A DNA stretch of 64,000 nt from contig NC_043000.1 of the NCBI RefSeq assembly GCF_006345805.1, forward strand, positions 153,946,001 to 154,010,000. Reading direction: 5' to 3'. The DNA comes from Octopus sinensis (taxonomy: Eukaryota). A program made the translations under genes and the position numbers. The notes below the pieces were generated by a model. That model had not been told where the DNA came from. It ran no database searches and saw only the letters and a list, made by a program, of their open reading frames with translations. Of this stretch, positions 24,561 through 36,021 are shown piece by piece (positions within the stretch are counted from its first letter, which is position 1; each line of letters opens with the position of its first letter).

Positions 24561-24869
24561 TTAGTTAATATCATAATGGAAAATTCTTACGTGATATGCG
24601 ATCGAAAACTTTGCTGAAATAAGTAGCAAGTACTATACTAAAAATATCCAAAGGGCAAAGCGATGTGACGAGATTAAAGAAAAGTGTTTCAGAATTCTTT
24701 ACAACCCTGTACAAATGCATCTAAACGAGAGATCGTTATTTTGTTGATGCATATTTTATTCCAGTCAAGTAGATGGGACGTGTAGTTGACTATTACTATA
24801 TTTTAAATGAAGGGTTAACAGGGACTGAAGGGGGAATAAAAAAAAGTAAAACAGTAGTTGACATTGACG

Positions 24870-25411
24870 TTATTTAACTCCAGATCATTAATTAAACAAG
24901 TTTTTGGGACCAAGGTGTATCATCTTTGACCATTATAACTTTTTGTATATCGAACTCTCTATTGTCCAGTCTGCCTTTCGTTTGATAAGAAGATGAGGTG
25001 ATGATGGCAGATTCGTTAGCACGCCGGGCGAAATGCTTAGCGGTATTTCGTCTGCCGCTACGTTCTGAGTTCAAATTCCGCCGAGGTCGACTTTGCCTTT
25101 CATCCTCTCGGGGTCGATAAATTAAGTACCAGTTACGCACTGGTGTCGACGTAATCGACTTAATCCGTTTGTCTGTCCTTGTTTGTCCCCTCTGTGTTTA
25201 GCCCCTTGTGGGTAGTAAAGAAATAGTTATTTAACTCCAGATGATTAATTTAACAAATTTATGGGACCAAGCTGTATCATCTTTGACCATTATATCTTTT
25301 TGTATAATGAACTCTCTATTGTCCAGTCTGCCTTTCGTTTGACAAGAGGATGAGGTGATTTTAAGGAATTTGGTTCACTCTTTTAGCAAATGAAAAAGCC
25401 ACAACCTCACC
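24870..25411. mobile_element. Composite SINE E(-, partial) / SINE B(+) / SINE E(-)
   Basis: 24870-25002 and 25228-25360 are ~90% identical copies of family E flanking a family B copy at 25003-25226. Confidence 0.8.
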
Positions 25412-25954
25412 GTTAGTTGTCACTAGTATTAACAAAAGAATTTAGTTTATTCATGAGAACTGTCCGTGCCAGAGATTGTCCGGTACAACAAAAAATTAGA
25501 AAGTTGTTTTTATATTTTAAAAAGTGTGAGAGAAAATCGCAGTTTATATTTTGTCTGGTCAGCTTGATTACAGTCACAAGAAATATGCCTGGGAAGATTT
25601 TTGCTTAGTTTGATAGCAGAATTATGGACGCATTAGGATTTTAAATTTCCAGAGGCCGCGACAAAACAATATTCGCTCATGAATATCTCTAAGTTGACTG
25701 CGACGTGTAATTCTGCCATCTTCATGTGCTACGTATATGCATGTATATACATACATGCGAACATAGACATGTAGATATAAATGCATATGTATGTATAAAT
25801 ATATCTATAATGCATGTATATATGTATGCATTATGCATGTATATGCATAGATGCGAACATAGACATGCACATATATATGTATATGTATGTATAAATATAT
25901 ATATATATATATGTATGTATTTTTATGTATGTATGCATGTATGTATGTATATGC

Positions 25955-26015
<61 letters not shown>

Positions 26016-26035
26016 TATATATATATATATATATA

Positions 26036-26082
<47 letters not shown>

Positions 26083-26124
26083 CACGCGCACGAACACTAC
26101 GCCAGACACACACATATGTATATA

Positions 26125-26984
26125 CGAGGTTTGATCAATTAGTATCCAAAATGATATCATAGCAACGAACCTAAAGCACACAGAGTAAAGCCGCTCGTCA
26201 CAGATTGACTTTGAACGCTATTGTGTATGCACACCAAGCCTTACCGTTCCATCTTTCTTTTGCTGTTTACTGTAGCGCTTGGAAAGAACGTGTGTATCGT
26301 ATTGACCATCACAAAGAGTTGTCATAGCGATACCTGCTCAGAGGCCTACGCAAAGTTGCAGAAAGTGTATGGAGAGTAGTGTATGATCCGCACACAAGTG
26401 TACGAGGAGTCCAGACCTTTCCAAGATAGCCGATAAAATGTTTATATTGACGAACTTTCTTGGAGACCCGCAACCAGCAGAACTGAGAAGAACATTGTAG
26501 ATGTGGGTGCAGTTGTGGGGGGAAATCGTTGAATCACCATCTGTGATTAGTTACGGTTCAGTTCAGTCCATTCCCACTAAAGATTTGGGTATAAGACGCG
26601 TATGAGCCAAGTTTGTGCCAAAACTGCTTTCAGCTGACCAAAAAGACACTCGGTTTCTGCTGCACAAGATCTCCTTGGTTGTGTCGAGAATGACAAAAAC
26701 GTTTTGAAACGTTTGCGTAGGTCTCTGACCCGGAATTTCCTAGCTTTTGGCAAAATTTGATGCAGTTTCTCAGCTCATCTTTCTCTGTCATGGTCAATGC
26801 GACGATCATACGCTACACACCTTACTTCCAAGCACTGCTGTAAACATCGGAAGCGAGTTAGAAGTTAAAAGGCAGTGCGCATGCACGGCAGTGTTTAAGG
26901 TCAATCTGTGGTAAGCGACTTCACTCTGCGTTCTTTAACTTCGTTACTATAGTAACAGTCCGGATACTTATTGATCAAACGACG
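26125..26984 (+). mobile_element. Non-autonomous mariner with both ends, ~190-bp terminal inverted repeats and TA TSD
   Basis: TA|CGAGGTTTGATCAATTAGTATCC ... GGATACTTATTGATCAAACGACG|TA; decayed transposase N-terminus SEAYAKLQKVYGE..AKFVPKLLSADQKDTR. Confidence 0.88.
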
Positions 26985-26986
26985 TA

Positions 26987-27101
<115 letters not shown>

Positions 27102-27254
27102 GTGTGCTTGTATGTATATATATATATATACATAAACATATACACACATATGAATACATACATACATACATACATACATACATACATACATACCATACAT
27201 ACATACATACGTACATATATACACTCACACATACACACATATATGTATATAATT

Positions 27255-27690
27255 CAAAGAGAGTTAGAGGTTGTGAATCCAACCATCTAAGGGATAGTAC
27301 CTATTCAATATACTGCTGGTAGAATACCTAATTAATACATAAGTGTTGGTTATTGCGTGGCAATCACCCTACTGAGTATAATATTTAGGCGAGGGTAATA
27401 AGTGGTTTTACCCTTCGTTTATATGACAAGAAGAAATTGAAGGGAATCCAGAGGTAGTATTCATCAGCTGTCTATTTATTTTAAACAGTTCAGATAATAT
27501 ATACATACATGTGTAAAGTATCAGAAATTTCTAGATAGAGAAAGAAGGGCAGCTTCTTACAGCTGTTTCAGCCAAGAGGTCACAGTACCCCATATGTTAT
27601 TTCCATCTTTTCAGTGTACTTTAGTAAACTGTAGATAAAATTAGGGTACTTGGGTATGCCCCTAGGCTTCGTCAGAGAGTTTTATAAGAT
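27255..27690. mobile_element. Penelope-like repeat (family P1-related) with intact hammerhead
   Basis: Shared P1 start gagttagaggttgtgaatccaaccatctaaggga; hammerhead at 27555-27678; inverted partial copy at 28410-28570. Confidence 0.65.
27555..27678 (-). ncRNA. Type-I minimal hammerhead ribozyme, intact core
   Basis: TCT-CTGACGA-AGCC...GGCT-GAAA-CAGCTG-TA-AGA: CUGANGA and GAAA cores, GUA cleavage triplet (predicted cut after 27558), palindromic helix III, extended stem II including AGTACCC/GGGTACT. Confidence 0.75.
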
Positions 27691-27745
27691 AGTCCAATAA
27701 GTCTATAGGGCTAATTTATGTACATATAAATATATATATATATAT

Positions 27746-28104
27746 ATTATATAAAAGGGCTTAGTAAAATAAATTACTTTGCCGCATACTGAACTCATTA
27801 GAAATAGCAGCTAAAAAACTTTTTAAAACTATTTCTAATACTTAAAGAAAATCTCTCTCATATATAGTGTTTGCTTAATTCAACTCAAAAGTTTGGGGTA
27901 AGGACATCGAAAATCAAATGCTAAGGTTAGCATTTGATTTTTCGATGTCCTTACCCCCAAACTTTTGTGAGTTGAATTAAGCAAACACTATATATGAGAG
28001 AGATTTTCTTTAAGTATTAGAAATAGTTTTAAAAAGTTTTTAGCTGCTATTTCTAATGAGTTCAGTATGCGGCAAAGTATTTTTTACTAAGCCCTTTATA
28101 TAAT
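27746..28104. repeat. Near-perfect palindrome, ~180-bp arms, 2-nt loop
   Basis: ...aaatcaaatgctaa-gg-ttagcatttgattt..., centre at 27925-27926; arms differ by a few indels. Confidence 0.95.
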
Positions 28105-28188
28105 GTAATAATTTGAATTCGCCTTGAATGGTCCCTTTGCATACTGAACACTTGGTGAAATTGATTAATAATTAATAATTTTGCCCTC

Positions 28189-28251
<63 letters not shown>

Positions 28252-28566
28252 GATATATATACATACACATCCATACATGCATACATATACATACACACAT
28301 GCATGTATATATGCATGTACATACTTATAACAGAAATAGTTATTAGTAGGCGTAGTGCAATATTCTCATTAGAGAATGCATAAAAAGGGAAAGAGAAATA
28401 ACAGTATAATCGAAGAAACTGGTCTTCTTTCTCTGTTCTAGAAAGTACTAATACTTTACACATGTCTTTACATATTATCTGAACTGTTTAAAATAAATAA
28501 ATAGACATAATATAATGTCTAACAGCTGATAAATACTACCTCTGGATTCCCTCCATTTTCTTCTTG

Positions 28567-28605
<39 letters not shown>

Positions 28606-28640
28606 CAAAGTGAAGTTGTAAGGCGCCGCACGAGTGGAAA

Positions 28641-29210
28641 TATATATATGAAAGAAGGTTTGAAAATGCAATTTTAAAGATGTTTATTCACTTGACAGGT
28701 TTCACTTTTTTAGAAAAAGATTATCAAAAGTAACATGTAAAAGCTTTGTTGTGTTAAGTACTGGTTGTCACAAAATATTACAATACATATGTACATGCTT
28801 TGATAATAATAAGAACGTGTTAAAAACAGTTTAAAAGGAAAAATCGTGAGAAAATATTTAAAAGTTCATTAAAAATATTAGGATTTCATTAAAAATAGGA
28901 TTGTCAAAATTAAAATGTGAAAGCTTTGTAAGAGCTTTGTTGTGTTAAGTACTGGTTGTCACAAAAATTACAATATATATGAACTTTTAGATATTTTCTC
29001 ACGATTTTTCCTTTTAAACTGTTTTTAACATTTTCTTATTATTATCAAAGAATGTATATATGTATTGTAATATTTTGTGACAACCAGTACTTAACACAAC
29101 AAAGCTTTTACGTGTTACTTTTGATAATCTTTTTCTAAAGAAAGTGAAACCGGTCAAGTGAATAAACATCTTTTAAAATTGCATTTTCAAACCTTCTTTC
29201 ATATATATAT
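28641..29210. repeat. Inverted repeat, ~230-bp arms with ~110-bp spacer, (TA)n at both ends
   Basis: 28641-28869 versus 28979-29210; each arm carries a degenerate hammerhead-like motif; the spacer repeats 28741-28790. Confidence 0.92.
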
Positions 29211-29223
29211 ATATTGATGTCCA

Positions 29224-29605
29224 TTTCCGGGTTCAGTCCCACTGCGTGGCATCCTGGGCAAGGGGCAAGTGTCTTCTGTTACAGCCCCGGGCCGACCAAT
29301 GCCTTATGAGTGGATTTGGTAGACAGAAACTGAAAGAAGCCTGTCGTATATATGTATATATATATATGTATGTGTGTGTGTATGTGTTTGTGTGTCTGTG
29401 TTTGTCTCCCTAGCATTGCTTGACAACCGATGCTGGTGTGTTTACGTCCCCGTCACTTAGCGGTTCGGCAAAATGAGACCGATAGAATAAGTACTGGGCT
29501 TACAAAGAATAAGTCCCGGGGTCGATTTGCTCGACTAAAGGCGGTGCTCCAGCATGGCCGCAGTAAAATGACTGAAACAAGTAAAAGAGTAAAAGAGTAA
29601 AAGAG
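29224..29605 (+). mobile_element. SINE family A, 5'-truncated
   Basis: Consensus match. Confidence 0.9.
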
Positions 29606-29918
29606 TATTTAGTCGCGAGCAAATATTAGCACTACTTGACCCGCACCACACTTGACCCCCCAAAAATAAGCATGATGGCACAGCTGGAAAGAGAGGTGGG
29701 GGGGCGGAAGATAGAAGACTGCATTAGCAGACGCTGGGAATTTATTTATCGACCCCGAAAATAATATTGAAGGACAAACGGGATTTCAGTGGGATTTGAG
29801 CTGAGAATACCGAGATCACCGGACCTAATATCGCTTTGCATTATATAAGCTTGAAAGTGTTTTTTTTTTGTATATGTCTTCTACTTGTTTTGTATGTATC
29901 TTTTATTTTTATCTTTTA

Positions 29919-30299
29919 CTAGCAGTATCGCCCGGCGTTGCTCGGGTTTGTAAGGGAGCATTTTTAGAGAGTTATAGCCAAAAAATAGCAAAAAAATGCA
30001 TTAAAAATGGAAAAAATATGATGGTAATTTTTTTTAAATCATTGACTCATCGTAGACATTTTTAGAGAGTTATTTCCCTTATATTTAAAAAATATGCATT
30101 AAAAGGGGAAAAAATGATGGTAAATTATTTTTTAAAATCGTAGACGCATCGTAGATGCGCGCTAATACCCAGAAGGGCTCGATATGTATTACGACTATAA
30201 GATACCCGGTTTTGGTTAAACTGCACCGCAAAATGTGGGAGTAGTTAGGAATCTAAATCGGAGTAGACAGATACACAACCTTACTTTTATATATAAAGA
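29919..30299 (-). mobile_element. Non-autonomous Helitron
   Basis: Minus strand A|TCTTTATATATAAAAG ... CCCGAGCAACGCCGGG (hairpin) CGATACTG CTAG|T: 5' TC, 3' hairpin plus CTAG, inserted between A and T; internal ~85-bp tandem repeat. Confidence 0.8.
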
Positions 30300-30544
30300 T
30301 TTCTTTACTTGACGAATTTTTACTCGAACGAGTCGAACCTAGTCCTTATGTTTTTTAAAGTCTAGTGCTTATTCCATCGGTCTTTTTGCCGAACCGTTAA
30401 CTTAGACGGATGTAGACACGCCACCACAGGTTGTCAAGCGATGATGGGTAGAGACACAAACACACACATACATACATACATATATATGCACACACGCGCG
30501 CTCGCACACACACTCACACAAAAGAAAGAAAAGAAAACAGTCAC

Positions 30545-30788
30545 TTTCTCGAGTCGTGCCGACTCATAAAGACCAGTTTCTCGGTTTCCTGGCATATATA
30601 TTCCTCACCTGGACAGGAAGCTGGTCCGCCGAAGTATTACTAATTTTTGTCAGCTGAGTGGACTGGAGCAACATGAGGTGGAGTGTTTTGCTCAAGAACA
30701 CAACGCATCATCACCTAGTCCAAGAATCGAAACTGCAATCTTATGATCATGAGTCCAACACCCTAACCACAAAGCTACGCGCCTCCCC
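30545..30788 (-). mobile_element. SINE family C (CORE-like) with tail T2
   Basis: tRNA head, gtgttcttgagcaaaacact CORE-like block, then ggaccagcttcctgtccaggtg..gaaaccgagaaactgg tail as at 3560-3655. Confidence 0.75.
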
Positions 30789-30849
30789 ATACATGTATAT
30801 ATATATATATGTGTGTGTGTGGTGTGTGTGTGTGTGTGTGTGTGTGTAA

Positions 30850-31110
30850 CACAAAGTAAGTTAGGGGTTGTGGGTGCAACCCACTAAGGGATAGTATTTA
30901 TCCAATATACTGTTGGTAAAGGAGTGATCTTAATGATTTCAATAATTTATATTATGACTTTTATAATTTGTATTCTTATCTTATCTGTATTGAATTATAA
31001 GGTATATATGTATTCTATTAAGGTTCTCATTTTGTTAAATGAATAAATAATCTAACATTATAATATCCGAAAGTTGATGAACAAACTAACTGTCTCTCCA
31101 TTTTCTTATT
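30850..31110. mobile_element. Family P1 repeat with internal inversion
   Basis: 30850-30910 matches 7400-7455 forward; 30920-31110 matches the reverse complement of 7560-7750. Confidence 0.75.
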
Positions 31111-31112
31111 TG

Positions 31113-31157
31113 TTATTATATATATATATATATTATATATATAATATATATACATAT

Positions 31158-31250
<93 letters not shown>

Positions 31251-31262
31251 ATATATATATGG

Positions 31263-31293
<31 letters not shown>

Positions 31294-31311
31294 GTATATA
31301 TGTATATATGT

Positions 31312-31344
<33 letters not shown>

Positions 31345-31395
31345 TAATATATATATATATCTTATATATATTATATATATATTATAATATATAGT
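31113..31395. repeat. Degenerate (TA)n tract
   Basis: Direct reading. Confidence 0.95.
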
Positions 31396-31570
31396 ACATT
31401 ATATATTGTTTGAAAGATTTTTTATGTGAAGTCGTGTGTTGAAACTCTGGCCGAAATAAGATTAAGATTAATGTAAAAGATAAATAACACTGAAGCAAAA
31501 TAACACCAAATATATAGTGCATGTGTTTTATTGGCTCCTAAACTGGCAAAGACCATTCCTAAATACAACA

Positions 31571-31611
<41 letters not shown>

Positions 31612-31764
31612 AGCCGTCTAACAACCGACTAAGAATTCCACTCACAAGGCTTTAGTCGGCCCAAAGCTATAGTTAAGGCACTTGCTAAAAGTGACACGCA
31701 ATGGCACTGAAGCCGGAACCATGTGGATGGGAGGCGCACACCCATGCCAGCACCAGTATGGGCG

Positions 31765-31930
31765 TCATTCTGAGTTCAAATTCCGCCGAGGTCGACTTTG
31801 CCTTTCATCCTTTCGGGGTCGGTAAATAAAGTACCAGTTTCCAACTGGGGGTCGATGTAATCGACTTGATCCCTTTGTCAGTCCTTGTTTGTCCCCTCTT
31901 ATGTTTAGCCCCTGGTGGGCAGTAAAGAAA
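31765..31930 (+). mobile_element. SINE family B, 5'-truncated
   Basis: ttctgagttcaaattccgccgaggtcgac...gtaaagaaata. Confidence 0.85.
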
Positions 31931-31954
31931 TACATTTTCAGTAGTATATTAGTG

Positions 31955-31970
31955 GGTTTGTGTGCGTGTG

Positions 31971-32007
<37 letters not shown>

Positions 32008-32147
32008 GTGTTTGTGTGTGCCTGTGTGTGTGCCTGTGTGTTTGTGTGTATGTGTGTGTGTGTGCGCGTGTGTGTGCGTGTGTGTGTGGGGTGTGTGTGC
32101 GGTGTGTGTGGTGTGTGTGTGTGTATGTGGTGTGTGTGCGCGTGTGT

Positions 32148-32186
<39 letters not shown>

Positions 32187-32207
32187 TGTATGTGTGTGTG
32201 TGCGCGG

Positions 32208-32243
<36 letters not shown>
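31955..32243. repeat. Degenerate (GT)n tract
   Basis: Direct reading. Confidence 0.95.
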
Positions 32244-32245
<2 letters not shown>

Positions 32246-32911
32246 CTTGATGTTGTTATTTGCGGTGATGATGATGCTACTCATTACTGCTGAGTACAAC
32301 CACGAGATGGTGATGTTGTTGGTGGCGATGGCTTAGGTTTTTATAGAAAACTATAGTTACTGTTCATAGTTATACTATTGTTATTATTAGTGAAGTTGCG
32401 TGGCTTAGTGAGCGCGTGTGCGTGCTTTTAGTCTCTTTGACCATGGTTTATTTTCACTCTTTGTAATCTGAAGTCGAACTTTCTCTTCTCCTCTGCTCGT
32501 CTCTTCTAAAACTTCACGTGTTTTTAGTTGTCTGCGCCTATCTGTCAGCGTGGGAAACCTTAATTTTACAGCTACCTTAGAAATTCTCAAGATAAAGGTT
32601 ACAGTCTGCGGATTGAATATAAACTGGAATCTTATGTTCTTTGCCGTAATACTTAGAGCCTACACCCGAGAAATACTCCCTTATCCTAGCCTCTGCAACC
32701 CCACCCTTAACTGACATAAGGGGCCAAAGGCACACTGAATGTGTCATATAAACATATATGTGCGGATTCTGTCTATGCATGTCTATATATATATTATATA
32801 TATATGTGTGTGAGTGTGTGTGTGTGTGTCTGTGTGTATATGTATATATACATACATACATACATACATACATATGTATGTATGTATGTGTGTATGCATT
32901 TATTGTGTGTG

Positions 32912-32965
<54 letters not shown>

Positions 32966-33151
32966 CAAGTATGAATTATATATTTATATATATATATATA
33001 CATTTATATACATATATTTATATACATATATATATGCACACACATTTCTATATGAATATATACATATGTATATATATACATTTCTACCTCTCTCTCCCTT
33101 CTCTCGCTATCTCTCTCTTTCTCTTTGTATATATACATTAAATATATATGC

Positions 33152-33189
<38 letters not shown>

Positions 33190-33596
33190 ATATATATATT
33201 ATAATATGCATGTATGCACACATAAATATATACATATATACACATATAATAAACACACGCGCACACCTACACACATACACTCTGGCACTCACACTCACGC
33301 ACACACACAGAGAGAAACATGCGCACATACATACACACACGCACACACACATACACACACATACACACACATGCACACACACACACACACATGAATATGT
33401 AACTATGTAAATATGAATACTATGTAATAAAATCTCACGACACGCCATTATTCCTCGCCCTTTTTGGTTCACCCGTTCTGCATATATCCTCCCTTGTACC
33501 ATCACCACCACCACCACCACCACCACCACTACCATTGCCAGCCACCACCTCTGTCAGCACTGACAGAAGCAAAAATAACAATAGTAGTAGGAGGAG

Positions 33597-33926
33597 GAGG
33601 AGGAGCACTCCGTCGGTTACGACGACGAGGGTCCCAGCTGATACGATCAACGGGAACAGCTTGCTCGGGAAAATTAACGTGCAAGTGGCTGAGCACTCCA
33701 CAGACAGGTGTACCCTTGGTGTAGTTCCCAGGGAGACTCAGCGTGACACAGAGTGTGATAAGGCTGACCCTTTGAAATACAGGTACTACTCATTTTTGCC
33801 TGCTGCGTGGACTGGAGCAACGTGAAATAAACTGTCTTGCTCTAGGATACAACGTGACGCCGGGAATTGAGCTCACGTCCTTCCGATCGTGAGACGAATG
33901 CCCTAACCACTAAGCCACGCAACTTC
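33597..33926 (-). mobile_element. SINE family C (CORE-like) with tail T1
   Basis: Head gaagttgcgtggcttagtggttaggg, CORE-like block, then cctgtatttcaaaggg...cgtaaccgacggagtgct tail as at 52560-52745. Confidence 0.8.
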
Positions 33927-34199
33927 AGTAATAATAACAATAGTATAACTATGAACAGTAACTATAGTTTTCTATAAAAACCTAAGCCATCGCCACCAAC
34001 AACATCACCATCTCCTGGTTGTACTCAGCAGTAATGAGTAGCATCATCATCGCAAATAACAACATCAAGAACAATTGCAGAATTACAGTTGAGACTGTGG
34101 AGAACTTCCACGACAAAGTCCGTAGGTTTGCCCTCAACATGAGCATCATCGTCATAGGTGTCGCATCTGACATTACTATAGCTGTCGTCCTGAACGTGA

Positions 34200-34204
34200 T
34201 CGTC

Positions 34205-34247
<43 letters not shown>

Positions 34248-34269
34248 ACAACATCATTATCATCATCAC

Positions 34270-34314
<45 letters not shown>

Positions 34315-34430
34315 TAATATCATTATCATCACTAGCAACATGAAAATCAAACGCCATCAAGCATCACCACCACTACCACCACCACCGTATCATCAGCAGC
34401 AATAATACCACCACAACTAACAACACGATC

Positions 34431-34461
<31 letters not shown>

Positions 34462-34640
34462 TCATCGTCGTCATCATCACCATCTGCAGCATCCATCATC
34501 ACCATCACCACCATCATCGTCATCATCACCATCACCATCATCATCGTCGTCGTCGTCGTCATGATCAGCCATCATCGTCGTCGTCGTCATGATCAGCCAT
34601 CATCGTCGTCGTCGTCATGATCAGCCATCATCGTCAAGAC
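34200..34640. repeat. (CAT)n/(CAC)n/(CGT)n compound microsatellite with a 28-bp unit x3 at 34561-34635
   Basis: Direct reading. Confidence 0.92.
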
Positions 34641-34819
34641 CCCCACCCCACACCAGCCAGACCCACCCCCTTCCCTCCTGTGCTTCATTCTCCAAGACAG
34701 AATCTCACGAGTGGAATTTCTTCATAGAAATATTTGCGGTAAATAAAAATGTTTCCTCAGTTCAAAACTATTACTTAATAAACTCTGGGGGCTGAATACT
34801 TACGACTCTATAAGGAAAG

Positions 34820-34970
34820 AACATGTGTGTGTAAGTGTGTGTGTACGTGCATGTGTGTGCGTGCGTGTGTGCGTGTTGTGTGTGTGTGTGTGTGTGTACG
34901 TGCATGAGTGTGCGTGTGTGTGTGTGAGTGAGTGTGTGTGTGTGTGTGTACGTGCATGTGTGTGCGTGCG

Positions 34971-35001
<31 letters not shown>

Positions 35002-35126
35002 CGTGCATGAGGGGCGTGTGTGTGTGTGAGTGAGTGTGTGTGAGTGTGTGTGTACGTGCATGTGTGTGCGTGCGTGTGTGCGTGTGTGCGTGTGTGTGAG
35101 TGTGTGTGTACGTGCATGTGTGTGCG

Positions 35127-35169
<43 letters not shown>

Positions 35170-35900
35170 TTGTATGTGTATGGGTGAGAGTGTATTTGCG
35201 TGTGTGTATGCGGGTGTGTATTTGCGTATGTGTGTGTATATGTGTGTGTGCATATATGCGTGCGAGTACTTTTGTGAGCGTTTGTGTATGTGCGAGTGTG
35301 TATTTGTGTATGTTTGTATGTGTGTGTGTATGTGCGTATGCGTGTGTATACATGCGTGTGCGTATATGCATGTGTATTTGTGTGTGAGCGTTTATGTATG
35401 TGCGTGTGTGTATGTGTGCATGTTTGTATGTGTGTGTGTATATGCGTGTATGTGTGTGTATGCGTGAGTGTATATTTGCGTGTGCATATGCGTGTGTGTA
35501 TTTGCGAATGTGTGTATATGTGCGTGCGCGTGTATGTATTTGTGTATGTTTATGTGTGTATATGCGCGTATGTGTGTATGCATTAGTGTGTATTTGCGTG
35601 TGCGTATTTGCGTATGTGTATGTATATGTGCGTGTGCGTATATGCATGTGTATTTGTGTGTGAGTGTTTGTGTATGTGTGTATGCATGAGTGAATATTTG
35701 CGTGTGTATATGCGTGTGTGCGTTTGCGTATGTGTATGTATATGTGTGTGTGCATATATGCGCGTGGGTATGCGTGTGTGTGTATTTATTTGTTTGTGTG
35801 CATGCGCGTGTGCGTGGGTGTGCATTTGCGTATGTGTGAACATGTGCGTGTGACTGTATGCAAATATGAAGAGTGAACATGTGGCGTGTGTGAGCGTACA
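34820..35900. repeat. GT-rich degenerate satellite with higher-order sub-repeats
   Basis: Recurrent gtgtgtacgtgcatgtgtgtgcgtg and gtgtatttgcgt motifs. Confidence 0.9.
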
Positions 35901-36021
35901 TGTGTGTGTATAATTTCGTCTAGAACGTGTGATACGACTCACTCACTGATACATATTAAGATACACAAACGCACACATTCGTAGATACGCACACATACAG
36001 AAGTTATGCCGCACGCAGACC

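Noticed and set aside
34808-35755. 315-aa His/Thr-rich ORF and overlapping Cys/Val-rich ORFs
   Set aside because: Translations of a GT/CA satellite that lacks stop codons; no coding signature
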